Source of the DNA: a virus
Lineage: Duplodnaviria > Caudoviricetes
Reading direction: 5' to 3' (one strand)
DNA: 51,052 bases
Virus record (IMG/VR): IMGVR_UViG_3300024520_000105
Coordinates: 1-51,052 of that record
Shown: positions 16,689-25,467 of the stretch, piece after piece
Position numbering within the stretch: the first letter of the stretch is position 1
Layout of the letters: each line of letters starts with the position of its first letter
Position numbers and translations under genes: made by a program
Notes under the pieces: model-generated
The model's database searches: none
Seen by the model: only the letters and a program-made list of their open reading frames with translations
What the model was told of the DNA's origin: nothing

Positions 16689-17799
16689 CTAGCAGCCCTT
16701 GGATATGCAGAAACGCATGAACTGCTCTACGGTATTCCACCCATAGCCAAACGTCATGTGGAACTCGTCATGGTGGGTCTTGCACAATGGGGCCAGATTA
16801 GACGACTGGTATATCTTATCCTTGGCTATATTACGCCCGTCCATGTGGTGTAGGTCAATAGGCTTTGGCACATCGCATATAACACAGCCAGCATATCGCC
16901 TTTTTATATTAGCCTTACATGTGCGCTTTTTGCCTATGCCTGGGTATTGTTCCGCCTTAAGGCACCCACAGGACTTGGTGTCGCCATTTTTAAGCGATGT
17001 GGCCCTAGTTTCAATAGTATTTCCACAGTCACAAAGGCATATCCACCACGCCTTCCGCTCCTTCTTGCCTCTAGCAAGCACCTCAAGACGTGTGAATCTC
17101 TGGCCAATAAGGCTGACTATCTGTGTTTTAGGCGAGCAACCACAGTGGGCGGCCTCTCTATTTGTGGTCCACTTCTCTGTGCCACAATCGCATCGTATAA
17201 GAACCTTGCCTTGGCGGCAGTCTAAAACCACGACTTTGCCTCTCCTTGTGCCGACCAGCTTGGACTTGCATCTGCCACAAGTTCTTCGATGGCCAAGCCG
17301 CCTATTGGCAAACTCAACCACTTCTCCACAATCGCATCTGCATACCGCCAAAAGCCCCCCCTGAGTATTTATACCCCAGAATCTCCAACTTCCCCTGCCT
17401 GTGCCCTATAGGCTTTGGCTCTGAACGGGTGCAAGTACAGGCCGTAAAGGCTTTCAGCCGGATTGCCCTTAATAGCCGTGTTTGGACTATTACCCGCTCT
17501 CGCCCGCATATATCGCACCTACACAACCACCGCCTGTCGTATTTGTCCTTGGACTTTTCGGCAAGGACTAGGAGGTGGCTTATCTGTTGCCCCTTAAGGA
17601 ACACACGCCTTGTAGGCCCCGCCACGGCCACTAAGGGCACTTCTTTGCCCAGCTTCCCATAGTACCGCCTACGCTGACGCTCTCGCTCACAAGACTTACA
17701 CTTCTTGTAATACCCGTCGCGGCTTTGGCGCTTATCCCAACGGACCTTAAACTCTGATATTGCCTTGGTTTCCAGACATCCTGAACATGTTTTAAGCAT
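16689..17799 (-). pseudogene. HNH homing endonuclease with CxCDCG repeats, split by a frameshift at a G7 run (17355-17361)
   Basis: ORFs 17314..17799 and 16689..17351 join as YSGG-LLAVCRCDCG if one G is removed; C-terminal LHH...NLAPLCKTHH. Confidence 0.75.
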
Positions 17800-17986
17800 C
17801 TATTCATCATAGCAGCTATTACTAGTTTGTCAACCGAAAAGGCTCTTTTAGCAAAAATTATGTGAAAAGTAGTAACGTGGCACCAAGGGTAGACGGATGG
17901 GCAACGGGTAGTCCCCATAGACCTACACGCCATGCCCATAGCCTATACACTCCATGCACATTGCCTTGCCTGTGCCATATAGCCTA

Positions 17987-18014
17987 GTGTCGCATAATAT
18001 ACGTTCGGTCTACT
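17987..18014. other. dif-like (XerC/XerD) recombination site
   Basis: gtgtcgcataa-tatacg-ttcggtctact, 11-6-11 layout; left arm close to E. coli XerC arm ggtgcgcataa, right arm degenerate. Confidence 0.45.
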
Positions 18015-18171
18015 CGTGATATTGCATAAGGTAGCATGGCTACTATGACTTATGACTATGGGGCAATGGGCTTGTACTTATTGAGATATGGGGCAATATG
18101 GGCGATAGTCATAAGCTACTATAACCAAGCTACTTTATGACATATAGGCTATAGGCTGTGGGGCATGTGCC

Positions 18172-18744
18172 CTATTCACTAGCCTTGAGCCTTAACAGTA
18201 TAGTCCCTGGCACGTCCTGCACCTGCTCCGACTGGCTGAGCATGGCCTGCTTGTCACGGGCTATGGCGGCCATTGTAGTGCTCTGGGCGGGCGATATGTC
18301 CCCTTGCTCGGCCCCTAGCTGGGCATTCACTAGGCTTGTGGCCTCCAATTTGGCCCATTGTGCGGCCCTGAAAGCTTTTATTTGCGCGGGGGTGAGCTTG
18401 AAAACCGATTTAGGGTCGTATCGCTTGCAATAGTCTCTTATGGTTTCCCATTCACACTTAAAGACCTTGGCTATCTTCTTATAGCCCAAACCCGCTGAGC
18501 GTCCCATGAGACACAGTAAAGCCGCCTCTGGGATGTCAAGCCACTCATCGCCTATACCGTTATCCCCTAAGTCAAGGACCTGTGGTAATGCTATAGAGCC
18601 GTCATCGGCAAGCTGTACGTCTTCAGGACTTATTATATCGTCTACGGTCTTATTGGGCCTTCTGCCGCTATTGTGGTTACCGCATGGCTTCTTTGGCTTG
18701 TCTGGTATGTCTTCTATGGGCGGGCGATTCGATGCTTCTTTCAT
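18172..18744 (-). CDS. Probable terminase small subunit (HTH)
   Basis: GLGYKKIAKVFKCEWETIRDY HTH; first gene of the packaging arm. Confidence 0.6.
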   Translation of the reverse strand: MKEASNRPPIEDIPDKPKKPCGNHNSGRRPNKTVDDIISPEDVQLADDGSIALPQVLDLGDNGIGDEWLDIPEAALLCLMGRSAGLGYKKIAKVFKCEWETIRDYCKRYDPKSVFKLTPAQIKAFRAAQWAKLEATSLVNAQLGAEQGDISPAQSTTMAAIARDKQAMLSQSEQVQDVPGTILLRLKASE

Positions 18745-19117
18745 GGCATGTATTATGGTCTATTTGGGCGGGCGTTTGCAAGCTTTTTAATCACGCTCGG
18801 ACCCGTTACATTTGGACGGCAAAATGTAGGGCACAGACTGACATTAGGCCAACATCTTGCCCCACCGTAAACGAAAGGCCCTTGTTCTATTGGCCTATAC
18901 GCTACACTCGAAATATCTTCGCAGTTTCTACAATGGTCTTTCTCATTGTTGCAATGGTAATAGTATTTGGGCTTCTTCGGGCGGGCGATTCGATGAAAAA
19001 AGAGGGCTTCCCAGAAAGTTTGCCTTTTCTTTCGTGACACCGGAATTGTGATACGCGCTGATATTGTTGGCTGATATGCATGTTTTGCGGGCTTAGTGTC
19101 ACGAATGGCTTTTCATC

Positions 19118-19134
19118 TTGGCACGGCAATCGCT
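19118..19134 (+). promoter_or_regulatory. Sigma54-type (-24/-12) promoter for the early arm
   Basis: TTGGCACG-gcaa-TCGCT versus consensus TGGCACG-N4-TTGCW. Confidence 0.55.
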
Positions 19135-19179
19135 TAATATACACCCATGACACAGAACACAAACAAAGGAGCACAGGCA

Positions 19180-19311
19180 ATGAAGACAAACAATGCGCTA
19201 GACATGCTGGCCGAGCAATGCGAACTATGGACTTGCCCTGTATGCTATATGGAGTCTATGCAAGATAAAGACACAAACAATGAAGACCGCATATGCGAGG
19301 ATTGCCAATAA
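19180..19311 (+). CDS. 43 aa Zn-ribbon early protein
   Basis: CPVC...CEDC; AAGGAG RBS. Confidence 0.6.
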   Translation: MKTNNALDMLAEQCELWTCPVCYMESMQDKDTNNEDRICEDCQ

Positions 19312-19481
19312 TGGCAAAAGCCAAATACGGTCATTGTGTCGAATGCGGCACAGCTCTTAGGCTTAGGAGGGTATATCGTAGTGCCGACCATGGTCTAATG
19401 GTTTGGACTCGTTGTAGAAATTGTGGGGCGAAACATGTATCCACAAAGTGGCTGACAACGCCAGTACTTAGCAGGGACTAG
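19311..19481 (+). CDS. Small Zn-ribbon early protein
   Basis: CVEC...CRNC; TAATG coupling. Confidence 0.6.
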   Translation: MAKAKYGHCVECGTALRLRRVYRSADHGLMVWTRCRNCGAKHVSTKWLTTPVLSRD

Positions 19482-19518
19482 TATAACCATGACACAGAAC
19501 ACCAACAAAGGAAACGCA

Positions 19519-19659
19519 ATGAACATTCCCGACCTGCCAGAATACCGCATTATAGACAGTATCGCTGACTATTGCCTTATCAGCCATGACGATTCTGCCG
19601 ACTTCGCCTTCTGGGTATCGGATATAGAAGCAAGATGCATATACGGGCTTAAGGTATAA
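19519..19659 (+). CDS. 46 aa early protein
   Basis: MNIPDLPEYRIIDSIADYCL...; follows leader repeat 2. Confidence 0.55.
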   Translation: MNIPDLPEYRIIDSIADYCLISHDDSADFAFWVSDIEARCIYGLKV

Positions 19660-19691
19660 CCGTGACAACAAAATGCAACAAAGGAGCAGCA

Positions 19692-20081
19692 ATGAGACGC
19701 ACAAATACAAACGAGTTCAAAGCAGCAATGAAAAGCACAAACACTAACGAGTTCAAGAGCAAGCTGCAGGCATACCTGGAGCCTATCATAGCGCAGAAGG
19801 CAGAAGACTACGGGCAGACGATAGAAGGCAATCCTTACCAGTGGGCTATTGATACAGCCAAGGCAGAGGTCGGCCATGAGTTTGACCGCAACGGTGACCA
19901 GGAAGGGCTTTCCTACTGGCTGAGCGGCCTAGCAATAGACATAGACTATAACTATTGCGACATTATACGGGTGGCGGAATCAATGCACGATTGCAAGCTT
20001 TCTGACAAAGAAGCTGATATGGTCTGTGAGCGTTGGTTTGACTTTGTAGCCTGTAAGATGCTCCAGTATGCGGCAGCTTAG
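19692..20081 (+). CDS. Early hypothetical protein with duplicated N-terminus (MRRTNTNEFKAA/MKSTNTNEFKSK)
   Basis: Between leader 3 and trailer 1; WLSGLAIDIDY. Confidence 0.75.
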   Translation: MRRTNTNEFKAAMKSTNTNEFKSKLQAYLEPIIAQKAEDYGQTIEGNPYQWAIDTAKAEVGHEFDRNGDQEGLSYWLSGLAIDIDYNYCDIIRVAESMHDCKLSDKEADMVCERWFDFVACKMLQYAAA

Positions 20082-20514
20082 CCCCCGCAATGACTCCCTG
20101 CTGCTATGGTAGCCCGGAGGATTGCCGACCAGAACGCAACGCCAGCAATGAGTTAACCATGACAACAAAATGCAACAAAGGAGCAGCAATGACACACTAT
20201 GAAGAACTAGCCAAACACCTGACCGAGCGCAGCGAAGAGATTTGCGCTGATAACGAATGCACAGAGGATGAACATAACTGCGACTCCTACGCCTACATGC
20301 AGGTAACGAGTCGGGGTTGCATTGACGGAAAGGAACGAATTGACGCAATGCTCTTGACGGTATGTTGCTCTGATTACTTTCAGGGAAGCGCCAAAGAGTA
20401 TATCGCTCTGCCGTTGCCTTTCACAGGTGATGCTAAGGCGTTGAAGGCAGCAGTTGAGGAGGAATGGCTTTCATTGGCTTAGCCCCCGCAATGACTCCCT
20501 GCTGCTATGGTAGC
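20076..20514 (+). repeat. Two identical 38 bp gene trailers (20076-20113, 20477-20514) that include the TAG stop
   Basis: gcttagcccccgcaatgactccctgctgctatggtagc; copy 2 extends into a hairpin. Confidence 0.9.
20189..20482 (+). CDS. Early hypothetical protein
   Basis: Between leader 4 and trailer 2. Confidence 0.7.
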   Translation: MTHYEELAKHLTERSEEICADNECTEDEHNCDSYAYMQVTSRGCIDGKERIDAMLLTVCCSDYFQGSAKEYIALPLPFTGDAKALKAAVEEEWLSLA

Positions 20515-20563
20515 AGGGGGCTGTTCTGAGGACTAACATGATAACGATACGGGGGGCGGAACG

Positions 20564-20716
20564 ATGAAAACACGCTTTGAAATGATAAAAGACAGGGATA
20601 CGGGCGAATGGAAGGTGGGGGAATTGCAGCCTAGCGGTCTATATAAGGTCGTATCTCGACACAAAGCCCACGATGATGCAAGGGCATGGATGAAAAGCCA
20701 CAGGGCCAACAAATAA
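20564..20716 (+). CDS. 50 aa hypothetical protein
   Basis: MKTRFEMIKDRDTGEWKV... Confidence 0.5.
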   Translation: MKTRFEMIKDRDTGEWKVGELQPSGLYKVVSRHKAHDDARAWMKSHRANK

Positions 20717-20726
20717 AGGAGCACCG

Positions 20727-20999
20727 ATGCGAGATACCACTATTAAATGCGATGCTTGCGGCAAGGAGCATGACTATTTGGGACTGCTAGACTTGAAGTG
20801 TACGGCAAGGACGGCTGGCCCTTTGGGGTTTGAGGAGTTTGAAATAAAGGGGATTGACGTTTGTGGCCTTGACTGCTTGCTGGCCTACATAGAGAAGAGG
20901 CGCGACCCGATAATGGTGAAAGATTGCCAGCATCCAAGAGAACATATACCGCCATTCGGCCCGATACCTTATGTTGAACGCACAAGGGAGAAAGCATAA
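20727..20999 (+). CDS. Zn-finger hypothetical protein
   Basis: CDAC...CGLDC; AAGGAG RBS. Confidence 0.65.
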   Translation: MRDTTIKCDACGKEHDYLGLLDLKCTARTAGPLGFEEFEIKGIDVCGLDCLLAYIEKRRDPIMVKDCQHPREHIPPFGPIPYVERTREKA

Positions 21000-21187
21000 T
21001 GCCAGAATACCTAACCAAAGGCAGCACAGTGACAAACGGCCATAGAGCCTATACGGTGGCAAGGGTGGCAAGGTCTAAAGAGTACCTTGGGGAGAAATTG
21101 TACCACTTCCACGGTATACAGGGCATAGTGTTCGGGCCATGGACGATAGAGGATATATATAACGCTGGCTATGAGCTGGCTGTTTAG
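20999..21187 (+). CDS. Hypothetical protein
   Basis: TAATG coupling. Confidence 0.6.
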   Translation: MPEYLTKGSTVTNGHRAYTVARVARSKEYLGEKLYHFHGIQGIVFGPWTIEDIYNAGYELAV

Positions 21188-21198
21188 GGGGCGGGACT

Positions 21199-21408
21199 TT
21201 GAAAATAGACATACAGGCAATCAAAGAGATACGGGCTGAGACTAAATGCAGTCTGCGGGAAGCTCTGACGGCATGGACAATCTGTCGCGGGGAAGCAACT
21301 GTAGCGGGCATGGCGGCTGAGAAGGAAACAGCAATAGCACTAATAGAATCGGGCAAGCTGGAGGACGTTTTCAGCTTTGTGGACGATTGTGCCAAGGAGA
21401 GAAGCTAA
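21199..21408 (+). CDS. Small protein with L7/L12- or EF-Ts-N-like helical motif
   Basis: IQAIKEIRAETKCSLREA. Confidence 0.5.
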   Translation: MKIDIQAIKEIRAETKCSLREALTAWTICRGEATVAGMAAEKETAIALIESGKLEDVFSFVDDCAKERS

Positions 21409-21759
21409 TGCACAACCTGGTAATAAGAGCAACGCTGGTAATGTTGGGGCTATGCCTGTTTGGGGCTATGTCTGCCTTGTGGTGTTTGGGATACATGGCG
21501 GCTATGGGGTTAATTGATTAAGGGGGCGGGACTTTGAGAATGCACAAAAACCTAGCAAAGACGCTTAAACTAGCCCTACGCCTACGCCTTATGGAATTGG
21601 CTAAGCAGGGGGTGAAGGTGACGATTCGGGGGGCGATGCTTTGAAAATGGCGGGCGATACAACCACATGGACCCAAAAGCTACTAGCCTTTCTATTGGGC
21701 TTTATTGTTATGGCTATATGCTATTGGGTGGGGGGAATGTGATTATGGAGGGCGATGGG

Positions 21760-21930
21760 ATGCAATATTATGTGCAAATACTAACCCTAGATGGGGATGT
21801 GCTAGAGGAAGAGATGGGGCCAATGTCGGAGCGCAAGGCCGATAGAGTTGAGGGCGGGGTAATGATTAACCTGAACCATGACGAATATTGGACGCGAGTA
21901 ATATCAACAGAAGAGAGGGAGACACAATGA
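21760..21930 (+). CDS. Hypothetical protein
   Basis: MQYYVQI...ADRVEGGVMINLNHDEYWTR. Confidence 0.6.
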   Translation: MQYYVQILTLDGDVLEEEMGPMSERKADRVEGGVMINLNHDEYWTRVISTEERETQ

Positions 21931-22050
21931 CCTGGCTGCATGACCACTGGATAGAGCTGCTTATGTCTATTGCTGTGGGGGTGGAGGTTTGGGCTGTAGG
22001 ATGGCTAATGGGGGCGGCGGTTTAGATTTAACAAACAAAGGAGAAACGCG

Positions 22051-22896
22051 ATGTGTAAACCAGCAAGTATGATAATCGTCCACAAGAATGTGGCAAAATG
22101 GAGCGAAACTACAGACTCACACCATGAGATAATTACGGAGTTCGGAATAAGGGAGGTTGATGCTAGGGGTGATATTAACATTGTCCCCGTTGAGATGTGT
22201 CCTGAAGGGGGCAATCTTAGTATCGCATTGAGTAAATGGAAGTATGGCGTGGATTATCAGGAGTTTGGCCGCGAATTGCCAGACTGGTACGATGCCGAGA
22301 AGTCAGAGGCTGCGGCAAGAGCTGCATTGCCCATGTGGGCAGAGAGTAGATTAAAAGGGTGGAAGCTCAAAGAGGCGTTCAAGCCTATAAACCCTCTAAA
22401 GCAGAAGCAGGACAAATCGCTTGATAAAGCGGCACTGCTGAAAGAGTGGGCTTCGGTCAGGGATTCGGTCATGGATTCGGTCTGGGCTTCGGTCTGGGCT
22501 TCGGTCAGGGATTCGGTCAGGGATTCGGTCGTGGATTCGGTCTGGGATTCGGTCGTGGATTCGGTCTGGGCTTCGGTCTGGGCTTCGGTCAGGGATTCGG
22601 TCTGGGCTTCGGTCAGGGATTCGGTCTGGGCTTCGGTCTGGGATTCGGTCGGGGATTCGGTCGGGGATTCGGTCTGGGATTCGGTCTGGGATTCGGTCTA
22701 TGGATATATAGGCTCCCTGTTTCACAACATAAAGAACTGGAAATACACAGACAGCAAGAACCCGTGGGCCTCTATCCGCAAACTCTGGCTGGGCGGCTAT
22801 GTCCCTAGCTTTGACGGCAAGACATGGCGGCTTCATGCGGGGCTTAAAGCTAAAGTCGTGTTTGAGATTACAGCAGAAGAACTCAGGGCCAGCTAA
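22051..22896 (+). CDS. Protein with tetrapeptide (W/R/V/G/M)-(D/A)-S-V repeat
   Basis: AAGGAG RBS; 21 tandem units. Confidence 0.8.
   Translation: MCKPASMIIVHKNVAKWSETTDSHHEIITEFGIREVDARGDINIVPVEMCPEGGNLSIALSKWKYGVDYQEFGRELPDWYDAEKSEAAARAALPMWAESRLKGWKLKEAFKPINPLKQKQDKSLDKAALLKEWASVRDSVMDSVWASVWASVRDSVRDSVVDSVWDSVVDSVWASVWASVRDSVWASVRDSVWASVWDSVGDSVGDSVWDSVWDSVYGYIGSLFHNIKNWKYTDSKNPWASIRKLWLGGYVPSFDGKTWRLHAGLKAKVVFEITAEELRAS
22447..22698 (+). repeat. 12 bp tandem repeat, 21 units (NNG-GMT-TCG-GTC)
   Basis: Directly visible. Confidence 0.95.
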
Positions 22897-22926
22897 TGGG
22901 GGTAATGGTATGAAAATGGGGGTAAT

Positions 22927-23274
22927 ATGAATCTAGAAGAGGTAATGGAGAAGGTAAACGAAAAGAACTGTCCTGAGTGTGGGGCTGCGGCCATTGAGGG
23001 CAGCAACGGATTAAAGCCTAGTTGTACCTGCATGGAGGAAGGCTCGCTGGCTGAAGATGAGCTAGAGGTAAATGAGTGGTGGTGCTGTGCTGACAATGCG
23101 CTTATGGTCCACTGGCAGAGCGTGGGCCCTAAGCTGGTGGAGGCGTTGGCTTCGCTGGCAGCAGCGGCTAGAGAGGAAATAGTCCACCCCGACAATGACA
23201 CAGGCTATCTTGAAACCGAAACCATCAGGGCCTTGGACCTGCTGACAGCCGTCGAAGAGGTACAGGGCATATGA
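22927..23274 (+). CDS. Hypothetical Zn-binding protein
   Basis: ORF track; CPEC. Confidence 0.6.
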   Translation: MNLEEVMEKVNEKNCPECGAAAIEGSNGLKPSCTCMEEGSLAEDELEVNEWWCCADNALMVHWQSVGPKLVEALASLAAAAREEIVHPDNDTGYLETETIRALDLLTAVEEVQGI

Positions 23275-23453
23275 CCATACTAGCCTATGCCTGTAGTAGC
23301 TTTCTTGAGGTGCAGAATGGCTCAGGAACGTATCTCTTCTCTGGGGTGGGCAATAGGGAGTATGCAAGGATACGGGCGATGCTTAGGCGGGGGGCAATCG
23401 GTTCGGCATGGCAGACATTGAAGAAGTATAAATGGGACAAAAAGGAGGTGTAA
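23271..23453 (+). CDS. Hypothetical protein
   Basis: ATGA coupling. Confidence 0.5.
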   Translation: MTILAYACSSFLEVQNGSGTYLFSGVGNREYARIRAMLRRGAIGSAWQTLKKYKWDKKEV

Positions 23454-23454
23454 G

Positions 23455-23652
23455 GTGGCAAGTGACACACAATATCTGGTGCGGTTAAGTGAGGATGAGT
23501 TGTGCTGCATTAAGTGGGCATTATGGCTCGCAGCAGGAACGGCCATGTTTTCGGGCGGTGCTGACCCTGACGCATGCCTAGATGCCGAAAGGTCTGTCGA
23601 GAAGGCCATAGAAACAGCAAGCATGGGAATAGACTGTACGGAGGCAATCTAA
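23455..23652 (+). CDS. Hypothetical protein
   Basis: GGAGG RBS. Confidence 0.5.
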   Translation: MASDTQYLVRLSEDELCCIKWALWLAAGTAMFSGGADPDACLDAERSVEKAIETASMGIDCTEAI

Positions 23653-23761
23653 TGGACGAACCATACAAAGTGGCACTTGAGATGGACGCTAACGGGGATT
23701 ACTTAACTGATGCATTGCCAGAGATAGACGAGACTGAACTGGTAATGTGCTGGGAGGGAGA

Positions 23762-24355
23762 ATGAAAACTAAGCGCAAATACATAAAAGATACGGCAAAG
23801 TTCACAAGCAAGAATGGTGTCAACTTGGTGGGGCAATCCTACCGCCAGCGAGACTATGCGGGGCGCATGCGTACCACTTGGGAGATAAACAGGACCGACA
23901 CCAAGGGGCTGTACGACAGCAAATATGTTGACAGCATGAGCGATTCTATAGGCAAGATGTACTCTACGGTCTTTCCCGAAACACCAGAGTCGTTTGAGAC
24001 ATATATCGCGCTATGGAAGAAGCGTTATGTGCTGCCAGATATACGCAACGGGCATTTCCGCAAAGCATCGAGCTATATGCTGGACCTGCACCTTGAGTGC
24101 GACATGAACAGCGAATCGTTTGACCGCCTGGTACAAAACACTGGCATGTTGCTGGATGCGGGCGAAATCGTAGAATATAACGACGAGCATGGGGTAGGCT
24201 CTTTCCACAAAACCAGCAAGAAGGGCAAATACAAGGCTAGGCATTGCAGGTGGGGAACCTCTAGGGATGAAACGCTGGACCTAGATGGCGTTAGGGCCTT
24301 TCTGCGTAGCTTCTTTCGTGTGGGCTATTGCATAGAGCAGGCCGAGGTATGGTAA
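23762..24355 (+). CDS. Hypothetical protein
   Basis: ORF track; ATG 23762. Confidence 0.7.
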   Translation: MKTKRKYIKDTAKFTSKNGVNLVGQSYRQRDYAGRMRTTWEINRTDTKGLYDSKYVDSMSDSIGKMYSTVFPETPESFETYIALWKKRYVLPDIRNGHFRKASSYMLDLHLECDMNSESFDRLVQNTGMLLDAGEIVEYNDEHGVGSFHKTSKKGKYKARHCRWGTSRDETLDLDGVRAFLRSFFRVGYCIEQAEVW

Positions 24356-24552
24356 TGAGCGACCTAGACCTAGAAAACAGGGTCCGTAAAATGCGCCTAA
24401 CCCTGACCAGCAACGATGCCAGGCTTAAGACCTATTATGTGCGCGGATGGGCCTGTCGCAAATTCGCTCCTAAGCGGGGGGCGAGTGGGCTGGCTCAGTT
24501 GGTAGCTTGGCTGGATTTCATGGACGAGGACGTAATAGAGGAGGAGATATGA
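24355..24552 (+). CDS. Hypothetical protein
   Basis: TAATG coupling. Confidence 0.5.
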   Translation: MSDLDLENRVRKMRLTLTSNDARLKTYYVRGWACRKFAPKRGASGLAQLVAWLDFMDEDVIEEEI

Positions 24553-24722
24553 GCGTTAAAGTGATTATTGGGGCGATGCTTATGGGCTTGCCGCTTGCGG
24601 GTCTGTTTGTGGCGCATGTGTGCATGCAGGGGTGGCAGGCGGCAACGGGTATCTGGGTGGGGTCGATTGCATTGACAGGGATTATCGTCTTGGGCGCATG
24701 CTTGGCAACAGGGCTAATCTAA
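24549..24722 (+). CDS. Two-TM small membrane protein
   Basis: Two hydrophobic segments; GGAGG RBS. Confidence 0.6.
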   Translation: MSVKVIIGAMLMGLPLAGLFVAHVCMQGWQAATGIWVGSIALTGIIVLGACLATGLI

Positions 24723-24732
24723 AGGAGACAAA

Positions 24733-25053
24733 ATGAGCGAAATCATGGATAGTGACGAAGCATTAGCCGCCCGTATATGCGGTATAGACCTTGGCGATGA
24801 GCCACTACAGGCATGGGAGGGCAACGTATGGGGCATGATACAGCAGCACCTTGAGGTGGAGCGTAGCATAGCCAAGAAGGTGTTGGCTCACATGGTTGAG
24901 GTATCGGAGGAGCGTGACAAGCTCAAAGCCCTGATTGCCACCCTTATACACCATTCAGCAGCTCTTGCTTACCATGTCATTGAGTGTATGGGCGAGTGCG
25001 AGCAGGCAGATAGAGTATTGGAGTGTGTGGAAGAATTGGAGGGGGCGATATGA
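24733..25053 (+). CDS. Hypothetical protein
   Basis: AAGGAG RBS. Confidence 0.65.
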   Translation: MSEIMDSDEALAARICGIDLGDEPLQAWEGNVWGMIQQHLEVERSIAKKVLAHMVEVSEERDKLKALIATLIHHSAALAYHVIECMGECEQADRVLECVEELEGAI

Positions 25054-25379
25054 ATAAAGACGAACTCGACGGGTACAGAAAGCACATGATTGAAGACTGC
25101 GAGAGAACCATTGAGAAAATACAATCCTGCGACGAATTGCAGCAATTTATCGCGGCAACAGCGCAAATGGCCCTCTTGGATAAGGACTCCCTGATTGGGC
25201 TGCTTAGCTTCTCTGAGGGGCGAGCGACAGAGATAGGGACATTCCTGTACCTGATGCTCTACAAGATATTGCCGAGAAACAAGTTCCTGGCCGTGGTTGA
25301 CCCAGAACAGGTGGAGAGGTTTATAAGCAACACCATAGAGAAGGGGCGGGAAATCCGAGATGGCGAGGCGGGCAAATAA
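25050..25379 (+). CDS. Hypothetical protein
   Basis: ATGA coupling. Confidence 0.6.
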   Translation: MNKDELDGYRKHMIEDCERTIEKIQSCDELQQFIAATAQMALLDKDSLIGLLSFSEGRATEIGTFLYLMLYKILPRNKFLAVVDPEQVERFISNTIEKGREIRDGEAGK

Positions 25380-25432
25380 CATGACCCTTGGCCTACTGCG
25401 GGCGGGGGGATGGAAATAGTTTGAGAAAAGTA

Positions 25433-25460
25433 TTGCAAATGAAATCAAACCTGCTAAAGT
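25433..25460 (+). promoter_or_regulatory. Putative sigma70 promoter
   Basis: TTGCAA-N16-TAAAGT with extended -10 TG. Confidence 0.4.
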
Positions 25461-25467
25461 TAACTCA

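Larger units (their letters stand above)
19145..20191 (+). repeat. Four copies of a ~38 bp gene leader (19145-19182, 19484-19521, 19657-19694, 20154-20191), each ending in RBS+ATG
   Basis: (taa)ccatgaca...caaagga...gcaATG; copies 3 and 4 differ at one base. Confidence 0.85.

Noticed and set aside
18753-19189. ORFs 18753..19040, 18902..19189 and 18684..19037
   Set aside because: They lie in the divergent control region, lack clear RBSs and overlap regulatory repeats; probably non-coding.
19145-20514. CRISPR array
   Set aside because: The repeats are separated by whole genes of variable length and contain RBS, start or stop signals; there are no cas genes. The Cas4-like ORF sits in a typical phage recombination module.
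22396-22836. GFG-repeat ORF 22446..22808 (+) and DRIP-repeat ORF 22396..22836 (-)
   Set aside because: These are shadow frames of the stop-free 12 bp repeat; only 22051..22896 has an RBS and unique flanking domains.
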